Source: Deltaproteobacteria bacterium (GTDB lineage: Bacteria > Desulfobacterota > Binatia > UBA12015). From it: a DNA stretch of 64,000 bases. The translations under genes were made by a program, and so were the position numbers. This document shows positions 35,091 through 44,893 of the stretch, piece by piece. Where the stretch lies: assembly GCA_029262355.1 (NCBI GenBank), contig JAJCZO010000094.1:7212-71211 (forward strand), in the 5' to 3' direction. The notes beneath the pieces were generated by a model. That model worked only from the letters and a program-made list of their open reading frames with translations, was not told the DNA's origin and did no database searches. The stretch's first letter is position 1; the number at the start of each line of letters is the position of its first letter.

Positions 35091-36740
35091 GTGGTGCTCG
35101 CCGGCCTAACGAACTTCCTCGGGATTTCCGACCTGCCCTTCTACACGAAGGGCGAGCCGCGCGAGGCGGTGGTCGTTTGGGAGATGGCCAGCGACGGGGG
35201 CCTCGTGCTCCCGATGCGCAATGGCGATGAAGTGCCGTCGAAGCCGCCCCTGTTTCACTGGCTCGGTTTGGTCAGCTCCACTGCACTCGGGCAGGTCGAT
35301 GAACTCTCGACTCGAACGCCGTCGGCCGTTCTCGCAATCCTCATGACCCTAGCGGTATACGCGTTCGCCGCGACCGCGAGCCGTATCCGCTGCGCGTGGC
35401 TCTCCGCCATTGCGCTTTCCTTCAGCTTCGAATGGCTACGTGCCGCGCGGACCGCGCGTGTGGACATGACGTTCGCCGCGTTCTGCGCGGGCGCGTTGCT
35501 GCTTTACGCCGTGATGGATCGCTACGGTGTCACACGAGCCCGATGCATCGCCTTCTACGTGGCGCTGGCCGCCGCAACACTGACGAAGGGCCCCGTTGGT
35601 CTTCTGCTTCCGCTCCTCGTCGTGCTCGTCTACGCCGCAACGTCGCCGGCGCCCGCCCCAGAGAACCGCACGGTGTCGAGCCGGGCCACGAGGATTCTCC
35701 AAGCATTTCGCGAGATCCGCATCGTACCCGGCGTGGCTGCGGTTCTCGCAGTGACGAGCGTCTGGTACATCGCCGCATTCGCAACCGGTGGCGACGCGTT
35801 CCTAGAGACGCATGCGCTCCGGGAGAACGTGTTTCGCGTCCTCGACGCCGACCGGTTCGCTTCGGGCCATTCCCACGGGCTCTTCTATCTGTTCGGCCAG
35901 TTCTTCCTCGGTGCGTTCCCCTGGAGCGCGTGCGTGCCCGCAATCGCCCTGTGGCTCTGGCGGGGCCGGCCGCTCGACGACACGCAGCGATTTCTCGTCG
36001 TCTGGTTCCTCGTGGTGTTCGCCTTCTTCTTGATCCCAGATTCGAAGCGCGGGGTGTATCTGCTGCCAGCCTACCCGGCCGCCGCCCTGTTGTTCGGCCT
36101 GGTGCTGGGTCCCGGCCCCGAAGGCGCCACCGAGCGCCGCCTCGCGGCATGGGGCTGGCTCCTGGGGTGTCTCGTTCTCGGAGTCGTCGGGCTCACAGGG
36201 GTCGTCGTCGCGAGCGGGCTGCCGCTGGAGAGTCTGATTCTGCCCCGGCTCCGGCCGCACGAGGCCGTCGAGGTCGCGGCATCGATTGAGGCGCTGCGCG
36301 CGCACGCGCTGTGGACGGCATGTGCCGGGGCCCTCGTAGTGCTGGCGGCCGGTGGCGCCGCGGCGAACGCACTGGGCGCCCACTGGTTGCGCGCGAGCGT
36401 GCCACTCGTCATCTCGCTCGCCGTGACGTTCGGCGGCCTCGTAGCCCCGGTCGAGCGTTCGATCGCGGAAACGCGCACACTGGCGCCGTTCCTTCCTCGC
36501 GTGAACGCGGAGATCGCCGACCGCACGCTCGCGTTTGCCGATGGGAGCTTCGATTACGGCGCCGTCTTCTACGCCGGGCGCCGAATCCCCCGTGACGAGA
36601 GCACACGCGCGGACGCCGAATATTTGCTCGCGTTCGAGCGAACCGACGGCGTGCTCCCCGAGGGGGCCGAGATCGTGCTGAAGAGTCGAGGCACCGGCTC
36701 TCGTGGCCGCTCGCGGCTTCTGCTCGTACGACGTCCCTGA
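35091..36740 (+). CDS. ArnT/PMT-like polyprenyl-phosphate-sugar dependent glycosyltransferase (GT39/GT83 family)
   Basis: The first-loop signature YTKGEPREAVVVWEM...SKPPLFHWL is present, along with more than 10 predicted TM helices. The first in-frame start codon leaves a short N-terminus; the true start may be non-canonical (a CTG at 35049 is in frame). Confidence 0.7.
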   Translation: MVLAGLTNFLGISDLPFYTKGEPREAVVVWEMASDGGLVLPMRNGDEVPSKPPLFHWLGLVSSTALGQVDELSTRTPSAVLAILMTLAVYAFAATASRIRCAWLSAIALSFSFEWLRAARTARVDMTFAAFCAGALLLYAVMDRYGVTRARCIAFYVALAAATLTKGPVGLLLPLLVVLVYAATSPAPAPENRTVSSRATRILQAFREIRIVPGVAAVLAVTSVWYIAAFATGGDAFLETHALRENVFRVLDADRFASGHSHGLFYLFGQFFLGAFPWSACVPAIALWLWRGRPLDDTQRFLVVWFLVVFAFFLIPDSKRGVYLLPAYPAAALLFGLVLGPGPEGATERRLAAWGWLLGCLVLGVVGLTGVVVASGLPLESLILPRLRPHEAVEVAASIEALRAHALWTACAGALVVLAAGGAAANALGAHWLRASVPLVISLAVTFGGLVAPVERSIAETRTLAPFLPRVNAEIADRTLAFADGSFDYGAVFYAGRRIPRDESTRADAEYLLAFERTDGVLPEGAEIVLKSRGTGSRGRSRLLLVRRP

Positions 36741-36746
36741 CCTGAG

Positions 36747-37334
36747 TCAGCGCACGGGCGTGCGGAAGCCCCATCGCATCGCGATGGGCGCCACATTGAC
36801 GACGGCGACGAGCACACTGGCCCCGTGGAGCGAGATCGGAACCTCGAAGGCCACGAAGCCCGCCCCGACGAAGACCGCTCCGTAGTTCAGGATCCCCGCG
36901 ACGTGCCCCAGGGAATCGGGCCATCCACGCGGGCCCCCATCGCCGGCGGAGGGTCGCCGATGCCAGACGCGCGCAAGAGCAAGGAGCGAGACCGCGGCGG
37001 CCACGGGCAGCGAAGCCGCCAGGACACGAGCCCATGCCAGCGCCCCGAGCCCACACAGGACGAAGACACCGTCGCCGACGACATCGAGAGCGGCACCCCG
37101 CGACGAGCCGCCGCCCAGACGTCGCGCCAGCCGGCCGTCGACGAAGTCGGTCGCGGCCGCGACCCCAGCGAGCACGAAGGCGAGCCCCGGCGCGCTGGGC
37201 AACGAGAGCGCGAACAACGGGCCGAGCACGAACCGCGATCCGGTCAGCACGTCCGGCAGAAACGAGGGCGAGCGCGACCCGGGATCGCCCCCCGGGGCCT
37301 CACCGGGCACCGGTGAACTCCCGCCGACCGACAT
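36747..37334 (-). CDS. CDP-alcohol phosphatidyltransferase family protein
   Basis: The signature D(x)2DG(x)2AR(x)8G(x)3D(x)3D is present as DFVDGRLARRLGGGSSRGAALDVVGD. Several TM helices are predicted. Confidence 0.75.
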   Translation of the reverse strand: MSVGGSSPVPGEAPGGDPGSRSPSFLPDVLTGSRFVLGPLFALSLPSAPGLAFVLAGVAAATDFVDGRLARRLGGGSSRGAALDVVGDGVFVLCGLGALAWARVLAASLPVAAAVSLLALARVWHRRPSAGDGGPRGWPDSLGHVAGILNYGAVFVGAGFVAFEVPISLHGASVLVAVVNVAPIAMRWGFRTPVR

Positions 37335-37388
37335 ACAGAACCCCTACGCCTTCTCGATTGAACCGACAAACCTGCTACTTTTGCCAGG

Positions 37389-38624
37389 ATGCCCTTCAAG
37401 TTCTGTCCTGAATGCGGAACCGCGATCGAACAAGGCGCTGGCTTCTGCGGTTCGTGCGGCCATCGAGTCGGAGGCGCCAAGGCCACCGTCAACCCCCTCC
37501 CACTCGCGGGCATCATCAGCCTCGTTGCGCTGCTCGTTCTCGGAGGCGGGTTCTGGCTCTATTTTCGGCTCGCCCCGGAACAGCCGCGGCCCCTGAAGCC
37601 GGGTGAGCGCGCCCCTGGGGTCATGGCCAATGCCCCAGCCCCCGGCGTCGGCGCCCCGGGGCAGGGAGGCCCGCCGTTCCAGCTGCCCGACGACATCAAA
37701 ACGTACATGGCGGACCTGCAGAAGCAGGCCGACGCCAGCCCGGACGACAAGGAAAAATGGAAGACTCTCGCGGGGGTCTACTACCGAGCCTCGCGACTCG
37801 ACCCGAGCTACGGGCAAAAGGCGACGACGGCCTTCGAGCACCTGGTCGGGCTCGACGAGAACGATCTCGACGGGCTTCGCGGCCTCGGGAACCTCGCGTA
37901 CGACCGCCAGGACCGGCCGGCCGCGATCGCCTACTACGAGCGTTACCTCGCCGCGTCTCCGGCCGACGCGGAAGTCCGGACCGATCTCGGCACGATGTAC
38001 TACGAGAGCAAGCAACCGGAGCGCGCAATCGCCGAGTACGAGCGCGTCCTCGCGACGAGCCCATCGTTCTACCAGGCCCACTTCAACCTCGCGGTCGTCT
38101 ACGACTCGAGCGGCGACCGCACCGCCTCGCACGCCGCGCTGGAAGAGGCGCGTGACCTATCCACCGACGAGAACGTCAAGCAGCGCATCGGAGCACTCCT
38201 CGAGATCGCCCGCGAGCAGGATCTGGGGCTCACCGAGGCTGCCGCTGCTCTTGGCCAAAACGCTCCCCCGCCCGGCGCTCCCCCAGGCGGCCCCGCCGCA
38301 CCGGCCGCCCAGGCCGCCGCACCTGCCGACTCATTCACGGGCGCCGTCGAGCAGCTCTTTCGCGGCCACCGAATCGCCGGCCCCAAGGTCGTGGCGATCG
38401 AATGGCCCGAGCCCACGCACGCGCGCGTGATGATGGCGGGCTTTCCGATGGACCAGATGCCGGAAGTGATGAAGATCGGCTACCTCGGCAAGATGTCTAC
38501 CGGCGTAAAGGCCGCCCAGGACCGCTTCGAAGTCGACGGCCCCGTCAAGGTGGATCTCGTCGATCAACCCACCGGCAACATCATGGCCACTGTCGATCCT
38601 GCCCAGAGCCAAGACCAACCGTAG
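37389..38624 (+). CDS. Membrane-anchored TPR-repeat protein with an N-terminal zinc-ribbon
   Basis: The N-terminal ribbon is FCPECG...CGSCG. One TM helix follows (IISLVALLVLGGGFWLYF), then TPR-like repeats (AYDRQDRPAAIAYYERYLAASP..., MYYESKQPERAIAEYERVL...). Confidence 0.6.
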   Translation: MPFKFCPECGTAIEQGAGFCGSCGHRVGGAKATVNPLPLAGIISLVALLVLGGGFWLYFRLAPEQPRPLKPGERAPGVMANAPAPGVGAPGQGGPPFQLPDDIKTYMADLQKQADASPDDKEKWKTLAGVYYRASRLDPSYGQKATTAFEHLVGLDENDLDGLRGLGNLAYDRQDRPAAIAYYERYLAASPADAEVRTDLGTMYYESKQPERAIAEYERVLATSPSFYQAHFNLAVVYDSSGDRTASHAALEEARDLSTDENVKQRIGALLEIAREQDLGLTEAAAALGQNAPPPGAPPGGPAAPAAQAAAPADSFTGAVEQLFRGHRIAGPKVVAIEWPEPTHARVMMAGFPMDQMPEVMKIGYLGKMSTGVKAAQDRFEVDGPVKVDLVDQPTGNIMATVDPAQSQDQP

Positions 38625-38643
38625 TTCTCGAACAGAGGTCCGC

Positions 38644-39999
38644 ATGTCAGACGCAGGTACTCCGAAGAGCAACCGCCCCATCTCTGTCGTCGCCGACCCG
38701 ATCCTGCGATTCGCGCAGCTCGAGAGCGCCGGCGCGATCCTGCTGTTGCTGATGACCGTCGTAGCGCTGGTTTGGGCGAACTCTCCGTGGGGCGAGTCGT
38801 ACCATCACCTCTGGCACACTCCTGTCTCGTTCGGTTGGGGCGATCGCGTGCTCTCGCTGCCGTTGGAAGCCTGGGTGAACGATGGCCTGATGGCCATCTT
38901 CTTCTTCACGGTCGGCCTCGAGATCAAGCGCGAGATGGTTCTGGGCGAGCTGTCGAAGCTCTCCCGGGCGATGCTGCCGGTCATGGGTGCGCTCGGCGGC
39001 ATGGTCGTGCCCGCCGGCATCTATGCCTCCATCCACTTAGGCGGCCCGGCGGCGAGCGGCTGGGGCGTGCCCATGGCCACCGACATCGCCTTCGCGGTCG
39101 CGGCACTCGCGGTGCTCGGCAAACGGGTCCCGCCACCGCTGAAGGTCTTTCTGCTCGCACTCGCGATCGCAGACGATCTCGGCGCGGTGACCGTTATCGC
39201 GGTGTTCTACACCGAGACGATTCACATGAACGCACTCTTCCTCTCGTTCGCACTGCTCGGCGTGGTCTTTGGGATGAATCTGCTCGGTGTTCGGGCCTTC
39301 CCGGCCTACTGGTTGGTGGGCGCCTTCGTGTGGTTCTTCATGCATGAGTCCGGTGTACACGCCACGATCGCGGGCGTGCTGCTGGGGATGCTGACGCCAG
39401 CGACTGCGCGCGTGGAACCCGGTCTCGGCTTCTCCGACCGCATCGATTCGCTGGTCGACAAGTTCAAAGGCCTCGTGAATCTAAACGAGGAGGACGACTA
39501 TGGCGGCCACAAGAAGGCCCACGCAGTCGACGATGTCATCACCGTCTACGCAAGCTCTCAGTCACCGCTCGACTATCTTCTCCACCAACTCGAGCGCTTC
39601 GTGGCGATCGCGATCATGCCGATCTTCGCCCTGGCAAACGCCGGCGTCGTGTTCGATGCCGACGTCTTCGGTAGTGCGGTGAGCATGCAAGTCGCCGGTG
39701 CGGTGGGCGCCGGACTCTTCTTCGGAAAGCCGATCGGCATCACGTTATTCGCGTGGCTGTCCGTGCGGCTTGGCTTCGCGGTACTCCCTACGGGAGTGAA
39801 CTGGGCGGCGATTGCCGGGACGGGCCTGCTGGCGGGCATCGGCTTCACGATGGCTCTCTTCGTGACGAACCTCGCGTTCGCAGACCCGCTCCTGATCTCC
39901 GGTTCGAAGATCGGAATCTTTGCGGGCTCGTTGCTCTCCGCCGTTCTCGGCGTTTTTCTCCTCGGAAAGGCTCTCCCGATGGACCCCGCGGAGAGCTAG
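38644..39999 (+). CDS. nhaA: Na+/H+ antiporter NhaA
   Basis: LLLLMTVVALVWANSPW...WVNDGLMAIFFFTVGLEIKRE and the conserved TM IV/XI regions are present. Confidence 0.9.
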   Translation: MSDAGTPKSNRPISVVADPILRFAQLESAGAILLLLMTVVALVWANSPWGESYHHLWHTPVSFGWGDRVLSLPLEAWVNDGLMAIFFFTVGLEIKREMVLGELSKLSRAMLPVMGALGGMVVPAGIYASIHLGGPAASGWGVPMATDIAFAVAALAVLGKRVPPPLKVFLLALAIADDLGAVTVIAVFYTETIHMNALFLSFALLGVVFGMNLLGVRAFPAYWLVGAFVWFFMHESGVHATIAGVLLGMLTPATARVEPGLGFSDRIDSLVDKFKGLVNLNEEDDYGGHKKAHAVDDVITVYASSQSPLDYLLHQLERFVAIAIMPIFALANAGVVFDADVFGSAVSMQVAGAVGAGLFFGKPIGITLFAWLSVRLGFAVLPTGVNWAAIAGTGLLAGIGFTMALFVTNLAFADPLLISGSKIGIFAGSLLSAVLGVFLLGKALPMDPAES

Positions 40000-40010
40000 C
40001 GCGGTCGGAG

Positions 40011-40760
40011 TTACCAGCCCAAGCGAGAACGAAGCTCGCGAGCTTGCACGCGCGAGAGCTCGACCTGGCTCGACTGCTCGTCCTTCATCACGAGCCGGTA
40101 ACGACCGCCGAACCAGCGAGCGATCTCCTTCACTTGCTCGAGGTTCACGAGCCGTGACTTGTGAGCCCGAAAGAAAATCTCTGGGTCGAGCCGCTCCTCG
40201 AGCTCACGAAGGGTGAAGTTGGTCATGTACGCGCGCCCGTCGACATGCGCGTAGACCAGGCGCGACTCGACGGCGAACCACAGGATCTCATCCACCGGAA
40301 GGACGAGGATCTTCCGTGCCGTGTGGACAGGAATCTGCTTCGCGTACGCTTTGCTCGGCTCCGCGACCCGCGAGAGAGCTGCCGCGTCGGCACCCGCGAC
40401 TCCCTCATCCATCCGCTGGCGGACCCTCTCGATCGCATCCACCAACCTGCCCCGAGAGAACGGCTTCAGCAGGTAGTCGATGGCCTCGACCTCGAAAGCC
40501 TTGATCGCGTACTCGTCATACGCGGTCGCGAAGATCACGTGGGGCGGATCCTTCAGAGCGCGCAGGACGCTGAACCCGTCGCTGCCGGGCATCTGCACAT
40601 CGAGCACGACCAGGTCGGGGCTCTCCTTCTCGATGAGTTCGATCGCGGCCGACCCGTCCTCGGCCTCGCCTACGAGCTCGACATCGGGGATCTTCGAAAG
40701 AAATCCCTTTACGCGATCGCGCGCGAGCTTCTCGTCATCGACGACGACCAACCGAACCAT
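40011..40760 (-). CDS. LytTR-family response regulator (LytR/AlgR type)
   Basis: A REC domain (VVDDE...DLVVLDVQMPGSDGF) is followed by a C-terminal LytTR DNA-binding domain. Confidence 0.85.
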   Translation of the reverse strand: MVRLVVVDDEKLARDRVKGFLSKIPDVELVGEAEDGSAAIELIEKESPDLVVLDVQMPGSDGFSVLRALKDPPHVIFATAYDEYAIKAFEVEAIDYLLKPFSRGRLVDAIERVRQRMDEGVAGADAAALSRVAEPSKAYAKQIPVHTARKILVLPVDEILWFAVESRLVYAHVDGRAYMTNFTLRELEERLDPEIFFRAHKSRLVNLEQVKEIARWFGGRYRLVMKDEQSSQVELSRVQARELRSRLGW

Positions 40761-40763
40761 GGG

Positions 40764-41912
40764 TCAATGTACCACAGCAGAAGTCTGAATCTCTGACGAC
40801 ACGAGCGGAACACGGAGCGTCACCGCGGTTCCCGTCCCGATATGGCTGTCGATCCGCGGCGCATACTCGGCACCAAACAGCTGCACCAAGCGGTTGTGCA
40901 CATTGCGCAGCCCAACCCCGCTCGTCGAGTCATGCGTGACGTCGCTGGCCATCCCCACACCTGTATCGCGGATGACCACCTGCAGATCGTCGCCTTCGAG
41001 CGCGGCCTCGATGCTGACCCGACCGCCCCCGACCTTCTGAGAGACACCGTGCCGCACCGCATTCTCAATCAGTGGCTGGAGGATCAACGTCGGCACGAAG
41101 CGGTGTCGAACAACGTCGTCTACCATGATGTCGAAGGACAGCTTCTCGCCAAAACGCGCTCGTTCGATGTCGAGGTAGGCGTCGACGATGTCCAGTTCAT
41201 CGGCGAGAGTGACGAACGAGCGGTTCTCGCTCCGCAGGAGGTAGCGGAAGATCTCTGCCAGACGCTCGACGCACTCCTCCGCGCGATCCGGATCTGAGGA
41301 GATGAGCTGGACGATCGAGTTCAAGCTGTTGAACAAGAAGTGCGGATTGATCTGAGCACGAAGCGCCTCGAGCTGCGCCGTCGCCGCGAGCTCCCGCGCC
41401 TGATGCTCGCGCTTCTCGAGCAAGAACATCTGCCACCAGCTCTGATTGAACCCCACGACCACGAGGAGCGCCGAGGGGATGATCGGAAACGCGAAGTAGA
41501 TGTAGGGACCCCACGCAATGCTGGCCGACGGGATCACGACGCTCAGGTCCCCCCCGGTATAGGGCGAGAACATGGACTTGCCGGCGGACAGGAACAGCGC
41601 GCCGTTCACCACGAGGAACGACGTGGCCGTCATCACGATCAATGCGATCGCCGCCTGCACCGCGAACCGCCCGAGCCGCGAACGGAGCCGGATTCGCGGA
41701 AACACCGTCTGCCAGAGAACGAGCGACACGGCGCCGAACACGAGGCTCGTCACGACCGAGATCCAGACGGCCGACGGTCTCCCCAGCAAGTACGATTGCA
41801 GGAGGCCGAGCTGCAGCCCCATGGCCAGTGCCGTGCCGAAGACGAGCTTGGCCTGACTGCGGAGCCGGTTGCTCGGTTGGTCTGGGGAGATTGTCGTTGG
41901 AGCCACCATCAC
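40764..41912 (-). CDS. LytS/YehU-type sensor histidine kinase (5TM receptor + His_kinase domain)
   Basis: Multiple N-terminal TM helices are followed by ...LRAQINPHFLFNSLNSIVQLI... and an HATPase_c region. It lies 4 nt upstream of the response regulator gene. Confidence 0.85.
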   Translation of the reverse strand: MMVAPTTISPDQPSNRLRSQAKLVFGTALAMGLQLGLLQSYLLGRPSAVWISVVTSLVFGAVSLVLWQTVFPRIRLRSRLGRFAVQAAIALIVMTATSFLVVNGALFLSAGKSMFSPYTGGDLSVVIPSASIAWGPYIYFAFPIIPSALLVVVGFNQSWWQMFLLEKREHQARELAATAQLEALRAQINPHFLFNSLNSIVQLISSDPDRAEECVERLAEIFRYLLRSENRSFVTLADELDIVDAYLDIERARFGEKLSFDIMVDDVVRHRFVPTLILQPLIENAVRHGVSQKVGGGRVSIEAALEGDDLQVVIRDTGVGMASDVTHDSTSGVGLRNVHNRLVQLFGAEYAPRIDSHIGTGTAVTLRVPLVSSEIQTSAVVH

Positions 41913-42100
41913 TCTGATCGAGGAACGAGTGCCTTATCTACCACCGCTGGCCAGGCGAGAGCACCCGCCGGCACCCGAACCTGGGCCGAACCGGCCCAGA
42001 TCGCTCGCGACCGGATCGACGGCGACCCGACGGGCTCCGGAGAGGTCGCCGAGCGGTCGCCCCGGCTACTGTACGGTCGTCACCCTATGGGCTAGGTGAG

Positions 42101-43498
42101 GTGCCGCCGATGGATCTCTCAGCCGCACAAATCACCGAAGCATGCGCTGGACGCCTGCTCTCGGGCGATCCCGAGCATCGGTTCCACGAGATCGCGATCG
42201 ACTCACGGCGCGTTCCACGCGGCTCTCTTTTCGCAGCAATCCCTGGTGCCCGAGTAGACGGCCACGACTTCGTAGCGGGAGCTCTCGAGATCGGTGCGGG
42301 CGGCGCACTCGTCATGCACGGCGATCCGACTCCGAACGGCGCCGTCCTGATTCAGGTTGAGGACACGCCCCTGGCACTCCAGGCGCTCGCGGCAGTCTGG
42401 CGCGACCGGCTCACGGCCACCGTCATCGGGATCGCCGGCAGCAACGGCAAGACGACGACCAAGGAGACCCTCGCCGCCGTTTTCGCTCGCGCCGGCCGCA
42501 CGTGGGCGACACCCGGGAACGCCAACAGCCAAGTCGGCGCCCCACTCGCCGTGTTGGCCACGCCGCTCGACGCCGAATTCGCGATCCTCGAACTCGGAAC
42601 GAGCGCCCCCGGCGAGCTCGACCGCCTGGCACGAATGGCGCGCCCCCACCACGCGGTCGTGACCGCCGCGTTCGCCGAACACCTGGAGTGGCTCGGAAGC
42701 GTCGCAGGCGTAATCGAAGCCGAGACGGAGATCCTCGACTCGCTCGAGCCGCACGGCCTCGCGCTCATCGGATCGGCCGAGCCCGACCTCGTATCGGCCG
42801 CCCGCCGCCGGGAGCATCTTCGAATCGAAACGCTGGGACGACGCGACGACGACCACTGGCAGCTGCGCGATGTCACGACATCGAGTAGCGGCACCGAGTT
42901 CCACCTCAGAGGTCAGGGGCGCCGCCAAGGCAGATGGCACCTGCCCCTGCTGGGAGAACCGGCCGCGTGGGCAGGCGGATTCGCAGTCGCTCTGGCGACG
43001 GAGCTCGGCGTGCCCGCGGAGGCCATCCGGGCGGGACTCCGCGACGTTCGACCAGCCGAGCACCGACTCGTTGCCCTACGCCACGAGACAAAACCGCTTC
43101 TCGTGCTCGACGACTGCTACAACTCCAACCCCGCGTCCTGCATCGCCGCCGTCGACACGGCGGCGGCCCTGGCCAAAGAGACTGCCCAACTGGTGCTCGT
43201 CGTGGGCGACATGCTGGAGCTCGGCGAAGCGACCCACGCGGCGCACGAGGAGGTCGGCCTCGCGATCGGCCGGCGCAGCGCCGAGGTCGACGTTCTGATC
43301 GCGGTGGGGCCCGAGTCGAAACGGATCGCCGATGTTGCGACTCGCCACGGAGTGAGGGCCGCGCACGTCCCCGACACCGACGCGGCGACCTCGCTCGTGG
43401 AGGAGATCCTCGCCGACGGGCGTCCGACCACCGTGCTCGCGAAGGCGTCTCGCGGCATCGGCCTCGACCGCCTCGTCGACGCACTCATTGCGGGGTGA
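42101..43498 (+). CDS. murF: UDP-N-acetylmuramoyl-tripeptide--D-alanyl-D-alanine ligase (MurF), located outside a dcw cluster
   Basis: The sequence has the MurF N-domain (IDSRRVPRGSLFAAIPGARVDGHDFVAGALEIGAGGALV), the P-loop GIAGSNGKTTTKE, and a Mur ligase C-domain. Confidence 0.85.
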   Translation: MPPMDLSAAQITEACAGRLLSGDPEHRFHEIAIDSRRVPRGSLFAAIPGARVDGHDFVAGALEIGAGGALVMHGDPTPNGAVLIQVEDTPLALQALAAVWRDRLTATVIGIAGSNGKTTTKETLAAVFARAGRTWATPGNANSQVGAPLAVLATPLDAEFAILELGTSAPGELDRLARMARPHHAVVTAAFAEHLEWLGSVAGVIEAETEILDSLEPHGLALIGSAEPDLVSAARRREHLRIETLGRRDDDHWQLRDVTTSSSGTEFHLRGQGRRQGRWHLPLLGEPAAWAGGFAVALATELGVPAEAIRAGLRDVRPAEHRLVALRHETKPLLVLDDCYNSNPASCIAAVDTAAALAKETAQLVLVVGDMLELGEATHAAHEEVGLAIGRRSAEVDVLIAVGPESKRIADVATRHGVRAAHVPDTDAATSLVEEILADGRPTTVLAKASRGIGLDRLVDALIAG

Positions 43499-44303
43499 CG
43501 GTCGCGCCGGTGAGCGCGAAGAAGGCGAGCAGAACGACGCCGAACACGATGCGATACCAACCAAACGGTCGCAGCGAGTTCGTCTGAACGAATCTCAGGA
43601 AGGCGCGGATCACGATGACCGAGCTGATGTAGGCTGTGAGGAGCCCGACCAGCATGCCGATTCCGAGTTCATCGGTGAGCCGGTCGCGCGCTTTGAAGAT
43701 CGTGTAGAAGCAAGCCGCGTACATCGTCGGCAGCGCCAGGAAGAACGAGAATTCGGTCGACGCAGCCCGAGAGAGGCCCGCCACGAGGCCCGTCACGATC
43801 GTCGCCCCGGAGCGCGACACGCCCGGCATCAGCGCGAGACACTGGCCAAGCCCGATGGCGATCGCTTGAGCAAAGCTCATCTTCTCGAGATCCTCGAGTC
43901 CTTTGCGCTCCCCGGGCCGGTCGATGACGATGATCAAAATGCCGCCGAGGACCAACATCGAGGCCACGAATGAGGGGCGGAACAGGTACTGTTCAATGAC
44001 GTCGTGGGCCACAAACCCGATGGCCGCGGCAGGCACGAACGCTGCCCCGACCTTGAGGAGGAAGGGACGTCCCTCCGGTCGGAGCCCCATATTGCCAGAC
44101 AAAGCCAGAATCCGGTCGCTCGTACACCACGTCAGGGCCAACATGGCGCCAAGCTGGATGATGATCTCGAACTCCGAGGAGCCGTAATGCAGAAAGTGTC
44201 CCGCGATGATCAGGTGGCCCGTCGAAGATACGGGGACGAACTCCGTCAGACCTTCAAGGATGCCCAGAAGGGCGGGTTTCCAGAGCTCGATCAGATGATT
44301 CAT
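43485..44303 (-). CDS. uppP: Undecaprenyl-diphosphate phosphatase (UppP/BacA)
   Basis: GILEGLTEFVPVSSTGHLI...PGVSRSGATI are typical BacA motifs. The start was refined to the ATG at 44303. The 3' end overlaps murF by about 14 nt. Confidence 0.85.
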   Translation of the reverse strand: MNHLIELWKPALLGILEGLTEFVPVSSTGHLIIAGHFLHYGSSEFEIIIQLGAMLALTWCTSDRILALSGNMGLRPEGRPFLLKVGAAFVPAAAIGFVAHDVIEQYLFRPSFVASMLVLGGILIIVIDRPGERKGLEDLEKMSFAQAIAIGLGQCLALMPGVSRSGATIVTGLVAGLSRAASTEFSFFLALPTMYAACFYTIFKARDRLTDELGIGMLVGLLTAYISSVIVIRAFLRFVQTNSLRPFGWYRIVFGVVLLAFFALTGATVTPQ

Positions 44304-44362
44304 GGCGCCTCGGGTCTCGATTGCGTCCCCATATGGCATCGGGTAGCTTCCAGGGAAAGCGT

Positions 44363-44869
44363 ATGAACCGAAAGCAGAAGTTCGCACTCGGCTCGTTCGT
44401 GATCGTGGCGGCTGTCGCCACCCTCATCTACACCGCAGCGCGCGAAACCTCCGCGTACTTCCTCACCATGGACGAGTACGCAGCCCAGGCACGGGCCCAC
44501 GAGGGGAAGCCGCTTCGTCTCGCAGGACGCGTGACCGATGGCAGCGTGGAATGGAATCCGCGCACCCTGGACCTCGCGTTCCAGATCCAGTCGATACCGC
44601 CTCGACCGGGAACCGAAGAAGCCGAGGCGATCGAGGTGGTCGTGGCCGAGCCGGCCGAGCCCACTGCCACTCTGACGGTCACCTACAATGGCATCCTGCC
44701 GGACATGTTCGCCGAGGGACGCGACGTCATCGTCGAGGGCCACGTTACCGACGAGGTGTTCGTCGCCAATACCCTTCTCACGACCTGCCCGTCGAAGTAC
44801 GAGGCGGAAGTCACCCCGGACGGATACGGCGCTGAGGCCGACGCCTCGGGCCAGCTGACGAGCGGCTGA
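44363..44869 (+). CDS. ccmE: Cytochrome c-type biogenesis heme chaperone CcmE, CxxxY variant (Cys replaces the heme-binding His)
   Basis: The N-terminal membrane anchor is KFALGSFVIVAAVATLIY, followed by an OB fold. ...VANTLLTTCPSKYEAEV aligns to the canonical ...LAKHDENYxPxEV, with C in place of H and the Tyr conserved. Confidence 0.75.
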   Translation: MNRKQKFALGSFVIVAAVATLIYTAARETSAYFLTMDEYAAQARAHEGKPLRLAGRVTDGSVEWNPRTLDLAFQIQSIPPRPGTEEAEAIEVVVAEPAEPTATLTVTYNGILPDMFAEGRDVIVEGHVTDEVFVANTLLTTCPSKYEAEVTPDGYGAEADASGQLTSG

Positions 44870-44893
44870 GGCCGCTCTGGGGATGAGTCGCAG

